From Sphaerodactylus townsendi (lineage: Eukaryota), in assembly GCF_021028975.2 (NCBI RefSeq), contig NC_059429.1, positions 71,920,001-71,984,000 on the forward strand: a stretch of DNA of 64,000 nt. The letters run 5' to 3'. The notes under the pieces are model-generated. The model saw nothing but the letters and a program-made list of their open reading frames with translations. It was not told the DNA's origin and ran no database searches. Both the position numbers and the translations under genes were made by a program. This document shows, piece by piece, positions 1 to 13,700 of the stretch. Every line of letters starts with the position of its first letter. The stretch's first letter is position 1.

Positions 1-521
1 TAACTTAAATTATTTACAGTCTATTATATAACTGTTATTTTATGTTGTTCACCGCCCAGAGCACTTCGGGGGTTGGGCGGTCTATAAGATTGAGAAATAA
101 ATAAAATAAATAAAATAAATAAAATAGTATTCCAACCATCAGAGATTTAAGAGCTACCATGTGTTCTTTCACTGTAATATTTCAACTTACATACAATTCT
201 CAGTCCAGTACAGGAGGATGCCACTGATTTGCTATTAGTAAAGCAAAGCCTCCCTTTTAATTCAAGCACAGTCAATCTCCTGCTACTCAGAGTTGCATGT
301 GAAAACTTCTTAACACCTTTACACTCACCTCTCCCCCAAAAAGAAAAAGATATTGAAAGAAATTCACTCCAATAGAAAGGGAAACTACATTTACTGGAAT
401 AGCATGACAACAGACTAAATAGACCCAACTAATTTGTTTCCAACATACCTTACCTGAGTTCTTTCTTTCAGAAGAGGTGATCAGAGCCCACTCTGAGACC
501 TCTGTACCATTCCCAACTCAC

Positions 522-713
522 CTTCTGCTTGAACTTCAACACCACCCTTTCCATCTGCTTCTGACTTCTGTCTCGCCACTGCCTGGCCTCTTCCATCTTC
601 CTCTGGACACCTCTGTGCACTACCCATTTCCAAATCGCCACAGCTGCCACCAGGCCACAGGCAAGGGCTACAAAAGTTTGTAACCCATTCTCAAGCAGCA
701 TGCCCCTCAGCAT
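522..713 (-). CDS. Exon 1 of a tandem FAAH-like (amidase / VDHAP-like) paralog; rest of gene lies outside the window
   Basis: Encodes MLRGMLLENGLQTFVALACGLVAAVAIWKWVVHRGVQRKMEEARQWRDRSQKQMERVVLKFKQK followed by a GTGAGT donor (521-516). It has a TM helix plus the 'RKMEEAR..RDR...QME....FKQ' motif shared with FAAH exon 1 at 25056-25226. Start is ATG 713 or ATG 701. Confidence 0.85.
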
Positions 714-1328
714 CTCCAGGTTCGTGGCAAAAATTCTTTGCCTGGTTGTCTTTCTCACATGGGTCAGTGTTATATAATGATATATGGCATCTGGTGCTAT
801 AATGATATGCTGCAGAGCTATTCCAGATCAGGTATAGGGTTTCAAACTGCAGCCCAACACTCCTCCCAAGACATCTCAGAACCTGAACCTCATGTTACAT
901 AGCTAAGGGGCTTTTTTTCTTCTTAACATCAAATGGCCATAATATCTCCACTCTCCCCCACCCCCGTCCCAAACATAACTTGGCCACATGGAAATAAAAA
1001 TGAATAAATGAAGGACAATTTTTAAACATACATTTATATTTTACATTGCACCAATTATTCACAAACAGAATAAAGTCCATTTCATAATTTTTTAAAGGCT
1101 ACAGTTTAGAAAATGGTAACATGTTCTTTGAACTGTATGGAAATATTTTAAATGAATAAAAAATGCCTGTCTCTAAAAATCTAATCTAATTAGGGTTACA
1201 AGAGCACCTTTTAGGACTTTGAATAGTGGCCAAGGAGAAAGAGGAATGCAGAGGCAGAACCTAAACAAACAGGTGCCCTGTCAAATTGAAGTTCACCAGC
1301 AAGCTTGGGAAACTATATTAGTCCCATG

Positions 1329-1524
1329 NNNNNNNNNNNNNNNNNNNNNNNNNNNNNNNNNNNNNNNNNNNNNNNNNNNNNNNNNNNNNNNNNNNNNNNN
1401 NNNNNNNNNNNNNNNNNNNNNNNNNNNNNNNNNNNNNNNNNNNNNNNNNNNNNNNNNNNNNNNNNNNNNNNNNNNNNNNNNNNNNNNNNNNNNNNNNNNN
1501 NNNNNNNNNNNNNNNNNNNNNNNN
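1329..1524. other. Assembly gap (N run)
   Basis: Run of N. Confidence 1.
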
Positions 1525-1782
1525 TCCACTCCACTCAGAATTAGATTCTTTAGTGTGCGGACGAAGCAGGCAATCACTCCCTGCCTCAGCATTTGGGGCT
1601 GTGTCAGACAGCAGCTGCAGTTGCATAGACTGCAAGGACCCTTTGTCAGAAGCATTCACAAAGGGACAAGTGACCATGGGACCACTGATGCACTTTCACT
1701 GTTCATGAGGCAACGATGTTCTTAAACCATTTGATCAAAGACAGCACCAAATTCCAGAGGCCTGTTTTATGCAACATCACAT

Positions 1783-4700
1783 TCAACACTTCCTTTGTTT
1801 TTCTTGGGTCAGCTTCTCCACCTCTTTCATGAACCGGAGGCACAGCTCATCCTGCCAGGGCAAAGCCACACACTGGACAGCCACAGGGAGTCCTATTGCT
1901 CCTGCTGCTGCCTGCAAGGAGAGAACAGGGGGAGAGGAATTTTTCATAACAAGTGGCAAACAAGGTTGCCAGCAAGTGTCATTGCCAAGAAGGTTGGGCG
2001 ATATACCTTCTTTAAAGTCCTGTCCCATATATCATCGTAGTGGCCTCTGAGAGTTTTCAAATCCTCCTCATCTTTCGCTGTCACTGTCGTGACCGGCACA
2101 ACTCCAGCAGGGAAGTCCAGGAAGTTATATAAGATCGTGTAACTTGCCCCCACTGTGCAGATATAAAAAAGAGACACACACCCCCCACACACAATGCAAT
2201 AAGCATAATTTTAAAAAGGAAAAATTGGGGAATCTGATTATTCCTGCACTGTATTTGCAGCAGGCAGTTTCATAAGGCAAATCTCATGACCCATCACTAC
2301 AAACCCTAGAAGACAAACTGTTACCCTGTTTTTAGAAAATAGATAACTGTAGATAAACAAAGAAATACAGTGCCACAATGAACACTTATATTAAAGGGTA
2401 TTATTGCAGTTCTAAGACTGATTCTTTTTTTGCTGCTGGAATTTACAACAGGAATTAGCTGCTCCTAGGAGGAAAAGAACTATTCATTCATTTATTTTAT
2501 TATGTTTCTATACCACCCCTCTCCTTTTGGGCTCAGAGCAGTTTCCAACTGACCATACAATATTATTTAATGTACGATAAATATGATGCAATCAACAATT
2601 TAAGACCACACAATTTCTACACAAATCCTGTTGGCGATAACATATCCAAATTCAATAAGAACTAAGGATCAGAGAGGGTCAGAGAAGGGGGGAGGCCTAA
2701 GATAGTAACCTTCGCCACCTCATCTATATGCCTTGGAACAGCTGTCTTACAGACCCTGCATCAAATCCCACAGGGCCCAGGTCTCACTAGACCAGGGGTA
2801 GGGAACCTGCGGCTCGAGAGCCGCATGCGGCTCTTCTGCCCTTGTACTGTGGCTCCACGAGCCGAGCCGCCGGCTTCATCCTTGCCCGCCCTGCAGGCAG
2901 TGGGGTGGGCGCATCCATGCGCTTCTCAGAATGAGTGGAGTAAAAGGTAAAAAAAACCCCCTATATATATAGTGTTATTTTTATTTTAAATGTCAAAAAT
3001 TATTTGCGGCTCCAAGTGTTTTCTTTTCCCATGGAAAACGGGTCCAAATGGCTCTTTGAGTGTTAAAGGTTCCCTACCCCTGCACTAGACAAAGCGTTCT
3101 ACCAGGTTGGAGCCAGGGCTGAAAAGGCCCTGGCCCTGGTCAAGGCATGTTGGACTTCCCCTGGACTAGAGACCACAAGTAGATTCTTGATTGAGGATCA
3201 AAGTATCCTTCAAGGGACAGAACAAAAGAGATGGTCCTGTAAATACACTGGCCCCAGGCTGTTTAGGGCCTTGTACATTAGAATGAAAACCTGGGACCTA
3301 ACCTGGTACTCCACCTGGAGCCAGTGTAGCTGGCAGAGCACAGGATGGATATGTGCCTGCCACGAGGTTCCAGTAAGGACCCTCACTGCTGCATTTGGGA
3401 GCAGTTGGAGTTTCCAGAGCAGGTCCCAAGGTAGCCTTGAATAAAGCAAGTTACAGTAATCTCATGCTCCTTTAAATTCACTCTACACTTTCCAATGTGC
3501 AATGAGAGCTTTATTTCATGATTGCTCTTAGAAGCTGCCAAGCAGAGGATTATGTAGGTTATGTAGGATTTTAATTATGTACAACAGTGTTAAGCTGATT
3601 TTAAAGTTTTATATTTAACTTTTTATGCCAATAATGGTAACAATGATGATGATGATGAATATGCTTGAAAGAAGTTTCTCTGCTGTGACTTTCCATAAGA
3701 TCAGAAGAACTGAATAGGAAGCCACTTAACAAATGTCATGACTACCCTGCGGCACACCCATAACATTGAAGGGATTATTAGTAACACCACAGCACCTGCA
3801 CCATGGAAGCAGCCATTGAGTCCATTTAAGAAACAAGAGAAAGTTTGAATTGATGGTGTTTATGTTATGCTTCGCTCTCACCAGAAGAGTCAGAGCAGTG
3901 GTCCTCAACCTTCCTAATGCCGCGATTCTTTAATACAGTTCCTCATGTTGCGGTGACCCTAACATTTATCCATTTTACAGATGGAGAACACTGATGCAAA
4001 GAGTCTTAGGCGACCCTTATGAAAGGGTCGTTCGACCCCCAAAGGGGTCCCGACCCCCAGGTTGAGAACCGCTGAGTTAGAGAGTTATGAATGCTTCAAA
4101 GTGAAAGCTGGGATGGGAGAATGTTTCTTCCAAACCAAACTGCACTTTTCCCACTGACAAAACAATCTCAAACTCACTGATGAATTACATGTTATTAGCC
4201 TGGTTGGCTGGGATGGGTCAAGGAGAGAACAGCAGAGACTCCATCACAGTTGATGAAAAGGGAGCTGAGTCAGCTACATTCATAGCAAGTCTCAGGGAAA
4301 AGTTATCAAGAAATTCTATTAATAGTTACACCTCTGAACCATTAGAGAAAGAACCTTATTCTGGGCCCTTTGTGGCTATTTGTGTCAAGCCAGGAAGGCC
4401 TGGTTATTTAGATATAGGATGCAAAAAAATGCTCTCTGTGGGAGGGTGTCGTTCTGACCACCTTGAAAGAGGAGATCATTCGATTCCTCCTGACAAAGGT
4501 ATTCCTGGATCCCAGTAACCCCAAGCAAATACTCTCCAGTGGCCAATGTTCCATTTTTGAGCAAACTGTTTCAGCGGTGACTGTGCAGCTTCAAGGAGGA
4601 GATGGATTATCTAAAACTCAGGTCTGAACCCAGGCCTAGTTTGTGACAGAAAGGGCCTTGGTTGCCCTGACTGATGACCTTTACTGGGAGACTGATGGGG

Positions 4701-7700
4701 AAATTAATCCATGTTGATTCTTCTGCAGTGTTCAGTGCCAGCAGTCATGGTATCCTTCTGGAGAGGCTGGCTGAGTTGGGAGTGGGAGCTACCCTAATTT
4801 GGTGGTTTCACTATTATTTGACCAATCATTTCCAGAAAACATTCCCAGGGACTGCTGCTCAACCCCATGGCATTTATGCTACAGGGTCCAAAAGGATACC
4901 ATCTTATCCTCCATGCTGAATCCTCTAGGAGACATAATCAGGGGTTTTGGAGTAAGGCGCCTCCAACATGCAGATGACACCCAGCTCCTTATCAGATAAG
5001 TTAGGTGGGTCTGCCTGGAGATTTTTTATTTATTTTTGGATTTATATCCCACCCAATCCCCGAAGGGCTCTAGGCAGGTTACAATAAGCTTCGAACATGA
5101 AAATATGGCTCTCAGCTCAAACTGGCTGAACACATCATTAACAACCAGCGACCCATGCTGGGAAATGATACTCTTCTCACAGTCAATGGGAGGCAAACCT
5201 TTTCTTGCCCAAAGACAATCTCCAACTGGGGCCTGCAACATGGGGCTGCCTTTGAAAACAGTTTGGAAATTTCAGCTCATCCAAAATGGCCAGGCTATTG
5301 TTGGGGGTGGGGGGGTGGGGGTACAGGGCCCATATCACCCCTGTACTGAAAGATCTGCGCTGGCTGCACATTTGTTTCAAGGCAAATTTCAAAGTTCTGG
5401 TTCTTATCTTCAGAGTCCTAAATGGCTTGCAGCCAGGGTACCGGAAGGACTGCCTCCTCTTCCCATATTGTCCAGTCTGTCTGTTAAGATCTGCCGTAAA
5501 GGCCCCGTCCTGAGCACGCTACCTTTAGAGGTAATGTGGGTGGCAACCAGAAACAGACCTTTTTAGTAATGGCAGCTTGTTTGTGGAATGCCCTTCCCCT
5601 TGAGACTCACCTGGCATCGGCATTGCTCTCTTTTAGGCCAAAATGTTTCTATTCACTCAGGTTTTTAATGAAGGGGTAACATTTTTAATCTGGAAATTTA
5701 TTTTAAGTTGTCTGAGGTTTGTTTTTATAGTCCATATTTTTATGCTGGGCTTTTCCTGAAGCTGGCTTTTAATTGAAATTTTAATATTTAATTTATTACT
5801 TTTATTAATAGTAAGATTCCTGGAGAGGTGGCATGAAACTTTTCTTAATGCTATGGAAGTTCTCTAGTGGACACCAATGGCTTCTGCCAGTTCAATTTCC
5901 TCTTAAGTACGGTACCTGATATTTTCCCTGGAAACCCAATCTTAAAAGCTGGACCCAGGGCAGGACAAAGCACCACATCCAAATTGAGCCTCTTCCATTC
6001 AGCAATGAATTCATGGCAGTATTCCTAAAACAAGAAAGCACAGGACAAGTATTCTTCAGCACATCAGGCAGCAAGCAGGAATGTTACTAGGACAAGCATC
6101 ATAGTTCCTCTCCCACGACAATGAAGAAAATGAGATTTACCATAGCCAATAGATTGAGCAAGCGCATAAAATAAAGACTCCCCAAGAAGTCACAATCTAG
6201 AAGGCAAAGATCAGTAGTAAGAATGTAATGCAGAGTTTAATAGGGAGGGGGCGCTCCCCCCCCAAACACACACACAAGCAGGGTAGGGGAGAGGTGGAGA
6301 AGTCAAACTCTGATGACAAAAATTCAGAGAGTTTGATGCAGTTCATGTTTTAATTAAATAGAACATAAGAACTAGCCTGCTGGATCAGACCAGAGTCCAT
6401 CTAGTCCAGCTCTCTGAAACTCGCAGTGGCCCACCGGGTGCCTTTGGGAGCTCACATGCAGGAGGTGAAAGCAATGGCCTTCTGCTGCTGCTGCTCCTGA
6501 GCACCTGGTCTGCTAAGGCATTTGCAATCTGAGATCAAGGAGGATCAAGATTGGTAGCCATAGATCGACTTCTCCTCCATAAATCTGTCCAAGCCCTTTT
6601 TAAAGCTATCCAGGTTAGTGGCCATCAACACCTCCTGTGGCAGCATATTCCAAACACCAATCACACATTGCGTGAAGAAGTGTTTCCTTTTATTAGTCCT
6701 AATTCTTCCCCCCAGCATTTTCAATAAATGCCCCCTGGTTCTAGTATTGTGAGAAAGAGAGAAAAATTTCTCTCTGTCAATATTTTCTACCCCGTGCATA
6801 ATTTTATAGACTTCAATTATATCCCCCCTCAGACGTCTCCTCTCCAAACTAAAGAGTCCCAAACGCTGCAGCCTCTCCTCATAAGGAAGGTGCTCCAATC
6901 CTTCAATCATCCTCATTGCCCTTCTCTGCGCTTTTTCTATCTCTTCGATATCCTTTTTGAGATGTGGCAACCAGAACACAGTACTTTTTGAGATGTGGCA
7001 ACCAGAACACAGTACTCCAAGTGTGGTCATACCATGGCTTTATATAAGGGCATGACAATCCTTGCAGTTTTGTTATCAATTCATTTCCTAATTATCCCCA
7101 GCATAGAGTTTGCCTTTTTCACAGCTGCCATGCATTGAGTTGACATTCCCATGGACGCCCAAATCCCTTTCCTGGTCTGTGACTGATGATGCTATGAGCC
7201 AATCACTAGATATCTTCGTATTATACTTTTGAACAAACAGATTAGAGTGTTCTTAGTTGTGCCTGGAACATCTGTTGTCCGATACTGGTGAAGATTATAG
7301 TAGCATTTCCACTATGCTTTACAAAACATTACCTAGCAAAGAAACCATTTTCAAAAATTACCTCAACTTCAGTATGAAGTTTCCAAAGCTGATTGACAGA
7401 CCTGAAATATCAATGAATAGAAAATAATGAAAAGGTCATTACGGCAGAATTACTGCTTTCCTACTTATATTTGTAGTTGGAATGGAGTTACTGAAGCATG
7501 TTCACAAGTCAGCATTTGCAAAGTTGTGGGAACTGAGCTAATGCAGCATCACTTGTTAACTCTCCTGTGTACAAATTCCACCTTTGCCCCCACTGATTCC
7601 CTCTTGCAAATACCACACCCGCATTGGCCTTCCACTGGACCAGGGATCCCAGGTTTCTCTTCAGCCTTCACCAAAAAGAGTTATGATGGGATTCAGGTGC

Positions 7701-10700
7701 CAGATTGAGCACAAACTATGCTCGAACATTGCTTATTTAAGATCACATCATGAAGGCTGGCAGCCTGCCCCACTGCTTCCCTTTCTGCACTCTCCTCTCT
7801 CAAGTTCAGGTAGATTTTGATATGATTATACTTTCAAAACAAGCAACTTTGCCACATGCATTCTATTGCAGTAAAACTGCACAAAGGCTTCCACCGCATG
7901 CCTGCCTGACATCTGGAACTATCTCAGGCATTAGTAGAATGAAACAACACCACAAAATAATTCCGGTTATTCTCTCTAGTCCTGGACATGCTCATTTACA
8001 TCTCCTGCTACTGCAGTCAAAAAGGACCATGCAGGGAACTGGCTGGTGGAACTATGATTGCTTTCCAACTTGCTACATCTAACTGAAAGATATGTATCCA
8101 ATGCAGGATATAGAATTCTAAGAATTATGCCTTTAAGTCTGCAGCACATCTTACTTCTCCTTCATGCTCCTCAGGGATTTTGACATACGAGGACTCTAAG
8201 GAAACAAAAGGAATTTAAACTGAAAATCAAAGTCTGCAAATTTTTAAGTTTAAATAGGAACATACCTGCTGGAACAGGCATTGCATGTTTCTCTCCCTAA
8301 GACCCCAAATCACCAGTAATTTACCCTGGTACAGTTATGCTGATACAGTTTACTACAACTAATGGCACACTATTCACACCTAATTGATCAGCATAACAAG
8401 GAGGTGTAGAATTTTGCCTTGAAATTGGAGCCAAAGATTTTCAGGAATCCATAGGCATAGAAGCCCATTTTTCTCAGGCTAAATCGTGCCCAAACCATGG
8501 GTTAAAGGATTTGCTCCCACTCAAACCCTGCGAACAGGAGCCTGGAATAAATGCCAGAAATGATCAGAAGTAATCTGCATATTATCTTAGAGAATAAGAA
8601 CACAAGTAGGTAAGAGAATAGCAGAAACTTTGATTGGAAAGCCATGTGCAATGCTTTAAGATGCTAGAGGCTCTTTTGGCAGGATGTAATAGTTCATGTA
8701 GTTTGCTAAATAACAAAAGGAACATACTCCTGCAAACTTCTCTGACCACGGCAGGTAGTTGAATATCCCTCCTGACAAACTAAGGTAGCACAAAGAGGTA
8801 ATTTTGCTATAATTATGCTGGATAGCTTTAAGTTTCCTTGATTTCCATGTGAATTTAAGCTAATTCATGGGTGGGTCCTACTGAAAACAATATCTGAGAA
8901 TAAAAATTCACAAGAGACATGAATTTTCCTCTGCTGCCGCTAAAGAAAGCAGTCAGATAAATTTGCAAGATATTTGGCATTTTATTTTATTTTAAAAACA
9001 AACAAAAAGGAGCACAGTTAGTCATGGTGGGGAAATCAAAACTGGATTTCCAGCCAGGTGTGCCTGAGGTTAGGCAGCAAAGAGTGGGGGAAGACAAATT
9101 CCTTGCCCCAACCTTATTTGCAGCCAAGGCACATACTCCTCGAGAGTAGTTCAACTATGCCCAGATCAAACAACACAAACACACCTTGCACTCCTCAACA
9201 ATCCAGAGATTCTTTAACTGAGCACATGTAGCTGCTTTGTCCACTGGTCCATTTAGCCCATTATGGTCGGCTCTGGCTCCAGAGTCTTAATTAGAGGGTG
9301 TCTCTTCCATCACAGTTGCATCATAGATCCTTTAGCCAAACCTGGGACATTCTGTATGTCAAACATGTGCTCTAACACTGAGCCATAATTGTGCAGAAGC
9401 ACACTGCACCTCCCTCTCCCTTCAAAATGTTCAAGTATTGTTAACAGGTATTCAAAAAAGATCCTATTCTATCATAGTATTTGCCAATTTGACATTGGCA
9501 GAGTTCTATCTTGAAGCACACAACACTTGTCCTCAAGCACACTTAAAGGAAACTCCTGGCACAATTACTGAGAGGACGCCTTGGCTGCTGACTAGCAGTC
9601 TCCCTTCCAGATCTAAGCAAGATGAAGCAAGCGCCTGGTTCAGCCTTGAGCAATGACCTGCCAATCCTGCAAGCCTACGCTGCTGCCTTGTTAGTCTCTC
9701 ACCACCCAGCCACCTCCTTGCTTTCACCATGAGTGAATTGCACAGTTTTGCCACTGCAGTTTCCAAACAATCATGCCAAGCTTTGCATTTTTATATAGCA
9801 CTTTTACATAACACCTTTAAATGAGAAAAAAGCCTTATTCTTTCCTGTTCAATTCAAGTGATTTCAGACAGGAAATTGATTTTCTCTTGGATTTAGCAGC
9901 TTTTTAAAAATGACTAGAGCCCCTTTGAGATGAGGAAGCAAGTTACTGACATGTATCAGTGACATCTCTTATAATCATTAAGGGGGCTGCACACTGGAAT
10001 TGTTTCCATTTTAACAGAACTCCTCTCTCAAAAAGGGTCAGCACAACTTTGTAGACATAACAACCACTGGTTGCTCTTATTCCAGAAAAAACACAATGAA
10101 AGCAAGTCTTACTATTGCTCTGACGATCCAGGATAGGAAGCTTTTCAACCAACCAGGTAACTTTACCATAAGCAGAAACTCCTTTATATTGGGATCCGCA
10201 GACTCCCCTTGGCTGAAAGATAACAAGCCAAGATCAGTACGTTTCACAGTGCCAGTTATGTTCTTAATCCTTGTGCCTTCCCCTCCCCCTTGAAGATAAC
10301 ATAAAACATCACAAAGCTGTCCTCCAGAAAGTATAGATCCCTATTGTCATCCCACACATCCAGATCTTGTTCCAAACAGTGGCCAGCCAGAAGCTTCTAA
10401 GAAACCCACAAACAGTGTACCATAAGGGTATACTGTTGCATCCTATGGACCTTTTTGCCAAAGGAACACCAGAATCTTGCACAAAACTCCTAACAAGGAA
10501 ACAACAAAAGTTTCATGCAATTCAATTTGGTTTGCAGCAGCACAAGTCAATGTTCTGTCCTCCTACTTAAGCTAATTCACAAGCTTACTGTTGTCAGTTC
10601 AATGGTTTTCCAGAACTGGAAGGCTCAGGACTTTGATCACTTGTATTACCACCATGCTAAAGTTAATAGAAAACTTAAGCAATAAGGAAAGAAGAGGCAT

Positions 10701-13700
10701 GTTTCTTTGCCTATAAAAAGAGCCAAATATCAAGTCTTCTTCTCTTATTTACACACACAAACCACATACAGAGTTTAAAGACTTACAAGCTTTCTAGAAA
10801 GGTAGTACCACCATCAGCAAACAATCCCGCTGGCACAAGGGTGCTCATAACATGTTCTATGTTTAAGGGCTTGAAGGGCACCAACTAAAAAAGGAATTTA
10901 AAAAATATCAGAATTTGTGTCATGCTCATGACCTATGAGAACACAGTTGAACTAGCCACAAATAGCTTTATTTATGATTTAAGGAAGCAAAGAAGCCAAG
11001 GCACATGCTAGAGGGGAAAATCACTAAACCTCAGATGATGCAGAACTCTTTTTTCAGATAGGCAGTTATGAAGAACATCTTTTCTTGGTTACAGTGACTG
11101 TCCTGCCCTTCTTTCCATCACTCAAACTCTGCTCCATTCCTGAGAGGAACAGGGAAACGGTTAAAAAGACAAACCATGTGACGCACCGTGTGGCCAGCCT
11201 TCTCCAGGAGGTGCTTGGTTTCCAGAACAGCCCGCTTCATGGAAGGGCTTGGCACTGTAAACGAATCAGTGGTATAGTATCCTATTCGGAGGGGTTGAGA
11301 GCTGGAATACACCTAGAACAATAAAAGATGGGAAAAGAACACTTTGGACATACTTCCCCCCCAACAGCATTAATCACAGTGGGCTCTTGAAAAACAAAAA
11401 CAATAAATCAAAGTCCATGTAACCTTCCAATTACGACAAGTGACATAAAAGTGACTTTAGAATGTATTTTGAGTCACTCAGACACCCTCCCTACAGCAAA
11501 TGCATCTGTGTAAAACTACCTGTAACAATAGCAAATTAATCTTTAAGCACCCTTCTACCAACTTGGCTGGCTGATGGAAAAGAATGTGGATACAGTGTCA
11601 GCGCTTCTCAATTACATTAGCACGAAGGTACTCTTGTCTTCTAGTCTTAGTTGATGCAGCTACACAGACCCATGCATTTGTAGACTCAAAAGCTGACTTG
11701 CATTATAGGAAAAAGAAAGAGATGGACTCTTCTTTAAAAAGGACCATGCATTCCCACTCCTGTACTGCATGAAAGCATCCCCTTTGCCAGATGCCACTAC
11801 GGCAAGGTGGATTACCTGCTCTTTAGAAGTAACATTGAAAGTAACTGCCATGGAGTAAAAGCTCCATGTAAGAAGCCAGTAGGGGTGACCAAGGATCATT
11901 GGAGAGGACTGCTTCATTCAAAGGACACTATACGAAACCACAAGTATACTGCAGATCTGTTCCCCCTCCTGAGTTGCCTCAATAACTCACAGCTGGAAAA
12001 TGATATGATATCTCTGTATTAGCATTCCCCCTTCCCCAGCTGTTGTTCGCAGAGAAATGAGAATGCAAAAATGTCTCATCCGAGGACACACAGGAGGGAA
12101 CTGGGCCAAAGCAGCACTCACAGGTGTAGTTTGTCTGAGCTGGATATCTGTATACAAACTGATGTGTGAAAATAAATCCTCTCAAGACCAGGATCCAAGG
12201 ATGTGCTGCACCCCGCAACTCCAGCTGCTGTTTTAAATAGGCTGCTGGTGTTTTATGGTGCTTACAAGTGATATCACTGGGTGAATGCTCTTTCATTCTC
12301 AGTTCAACAAGTCTTGATGCGGTGGTCATGAGGGGAGGTTAAAAATATAGAGGGCATTTATTCTTGAATATCCCTCACAGAGTCACCCAGTGCAATTTGC
12401 TTTTGGCTATGGAAAGCCTACTACTTTAAGAGGATACTGAGAGAATTCACTAATTGTTCCTTATTTCCATACCTTCCATGAGCAAGAAAAAAGTCTTGTT
12501 TTTGCCCCAAAGCTATACTCCGCCCCCACCCCAGTCTCTCACCTTCTCATTGAAGGGAAGAGGAGCAACTGTGGGGTCCAGCTGGAACATTTGGTCACAC
12601 AGGATGGCTCTTATGCACAGAACAAGACCATCAACATCCCTGGCCATTGGTCCTACTCCTGGACTAGCTGGAGGGAAAAAGGGGAACAATAGAGGCCTTG
12701 ACAGTAGGATCAGTCGCACCACACATGCATTTCTGGGAACAAAGTGAGATGGACATGTTTATCACAATCCCAGAAAACAAATCATTAGCCTGTGTTAAAA
12801 GTATTTCTGTTTTTCTTTTGTTGTATTTTATATTGTTTATTTTAATTATTTTATAATCTGTCTCTTGTAGCCTTTTGTGAAGTTGAAAAATAGAATTTAA
12901 AGCTCAAATGCACCTAAAAAGAATTTACCCCAAAAGAATATGGCCCTAGGTGTAAACAGTTCCCCCTTAAAAAAAAGATTATACCCGAAAGGTTTTTTAT
13001 GACCATACATGACTATAACTTGCATGCAAACGTAAGATGAACTCTTTTTCTGGACTGCACGTGTGAGATAAAACTGTAAGGTAAGCAGGGTAATAACTAA
13101 ACTTATAATGCTCAGGAAGAACTAGCTCCCAATCTTACCCCCCACCCATTATTAATTGTCTTGCTATCCAAGGCTCTTTATACCATCTTCCCTGACTGAA
13201 CTGCTTATTTTAAAATAATTCAATTTAAAGCTTTTGTATACAACAGGATATCCCCATCGATGCCATTCTGTGCTCTTTGGAGAAACAAGGAAGATAAATT
13301 AGACAGATAAACCTAAATGGATTCTGCCTAGAATCCATCAAGGTAAGCAGTTACAGACCAAGAGTGCTACCCTGCCACATTCATCCCTTATCAACCCCAA
13401 CTACATGAAAACAAATGATATCCCTCACCTGATTTTTGCCCACGGATGCTGGGTACAATTCCTCTTTTGCTATGAAAGACCAAAAATAAAGAAACATTTA
13501 GCAAAAATCCTCAGGTTTCCAGGTTTCAACACCAATGCTTAGGGTAAGATTTAAAGGGTCTAACATGACACAGTACCTGATTCTGTTGCCTGTGGCTTTG
13601 AATCCACAAATTCCACAGAAAGCAGCTGGAATGCGAATGCTCCCTCCTACATCTGTGCCAATGCCGAGGATAGAGCCTCCACTTTTAATAAGGGAAGCTT

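Noticed and set aside
1219-1725. ORFs containing long X runs (also 14875-15296)
   Set aside because: Artefacts of translating through N gaps.
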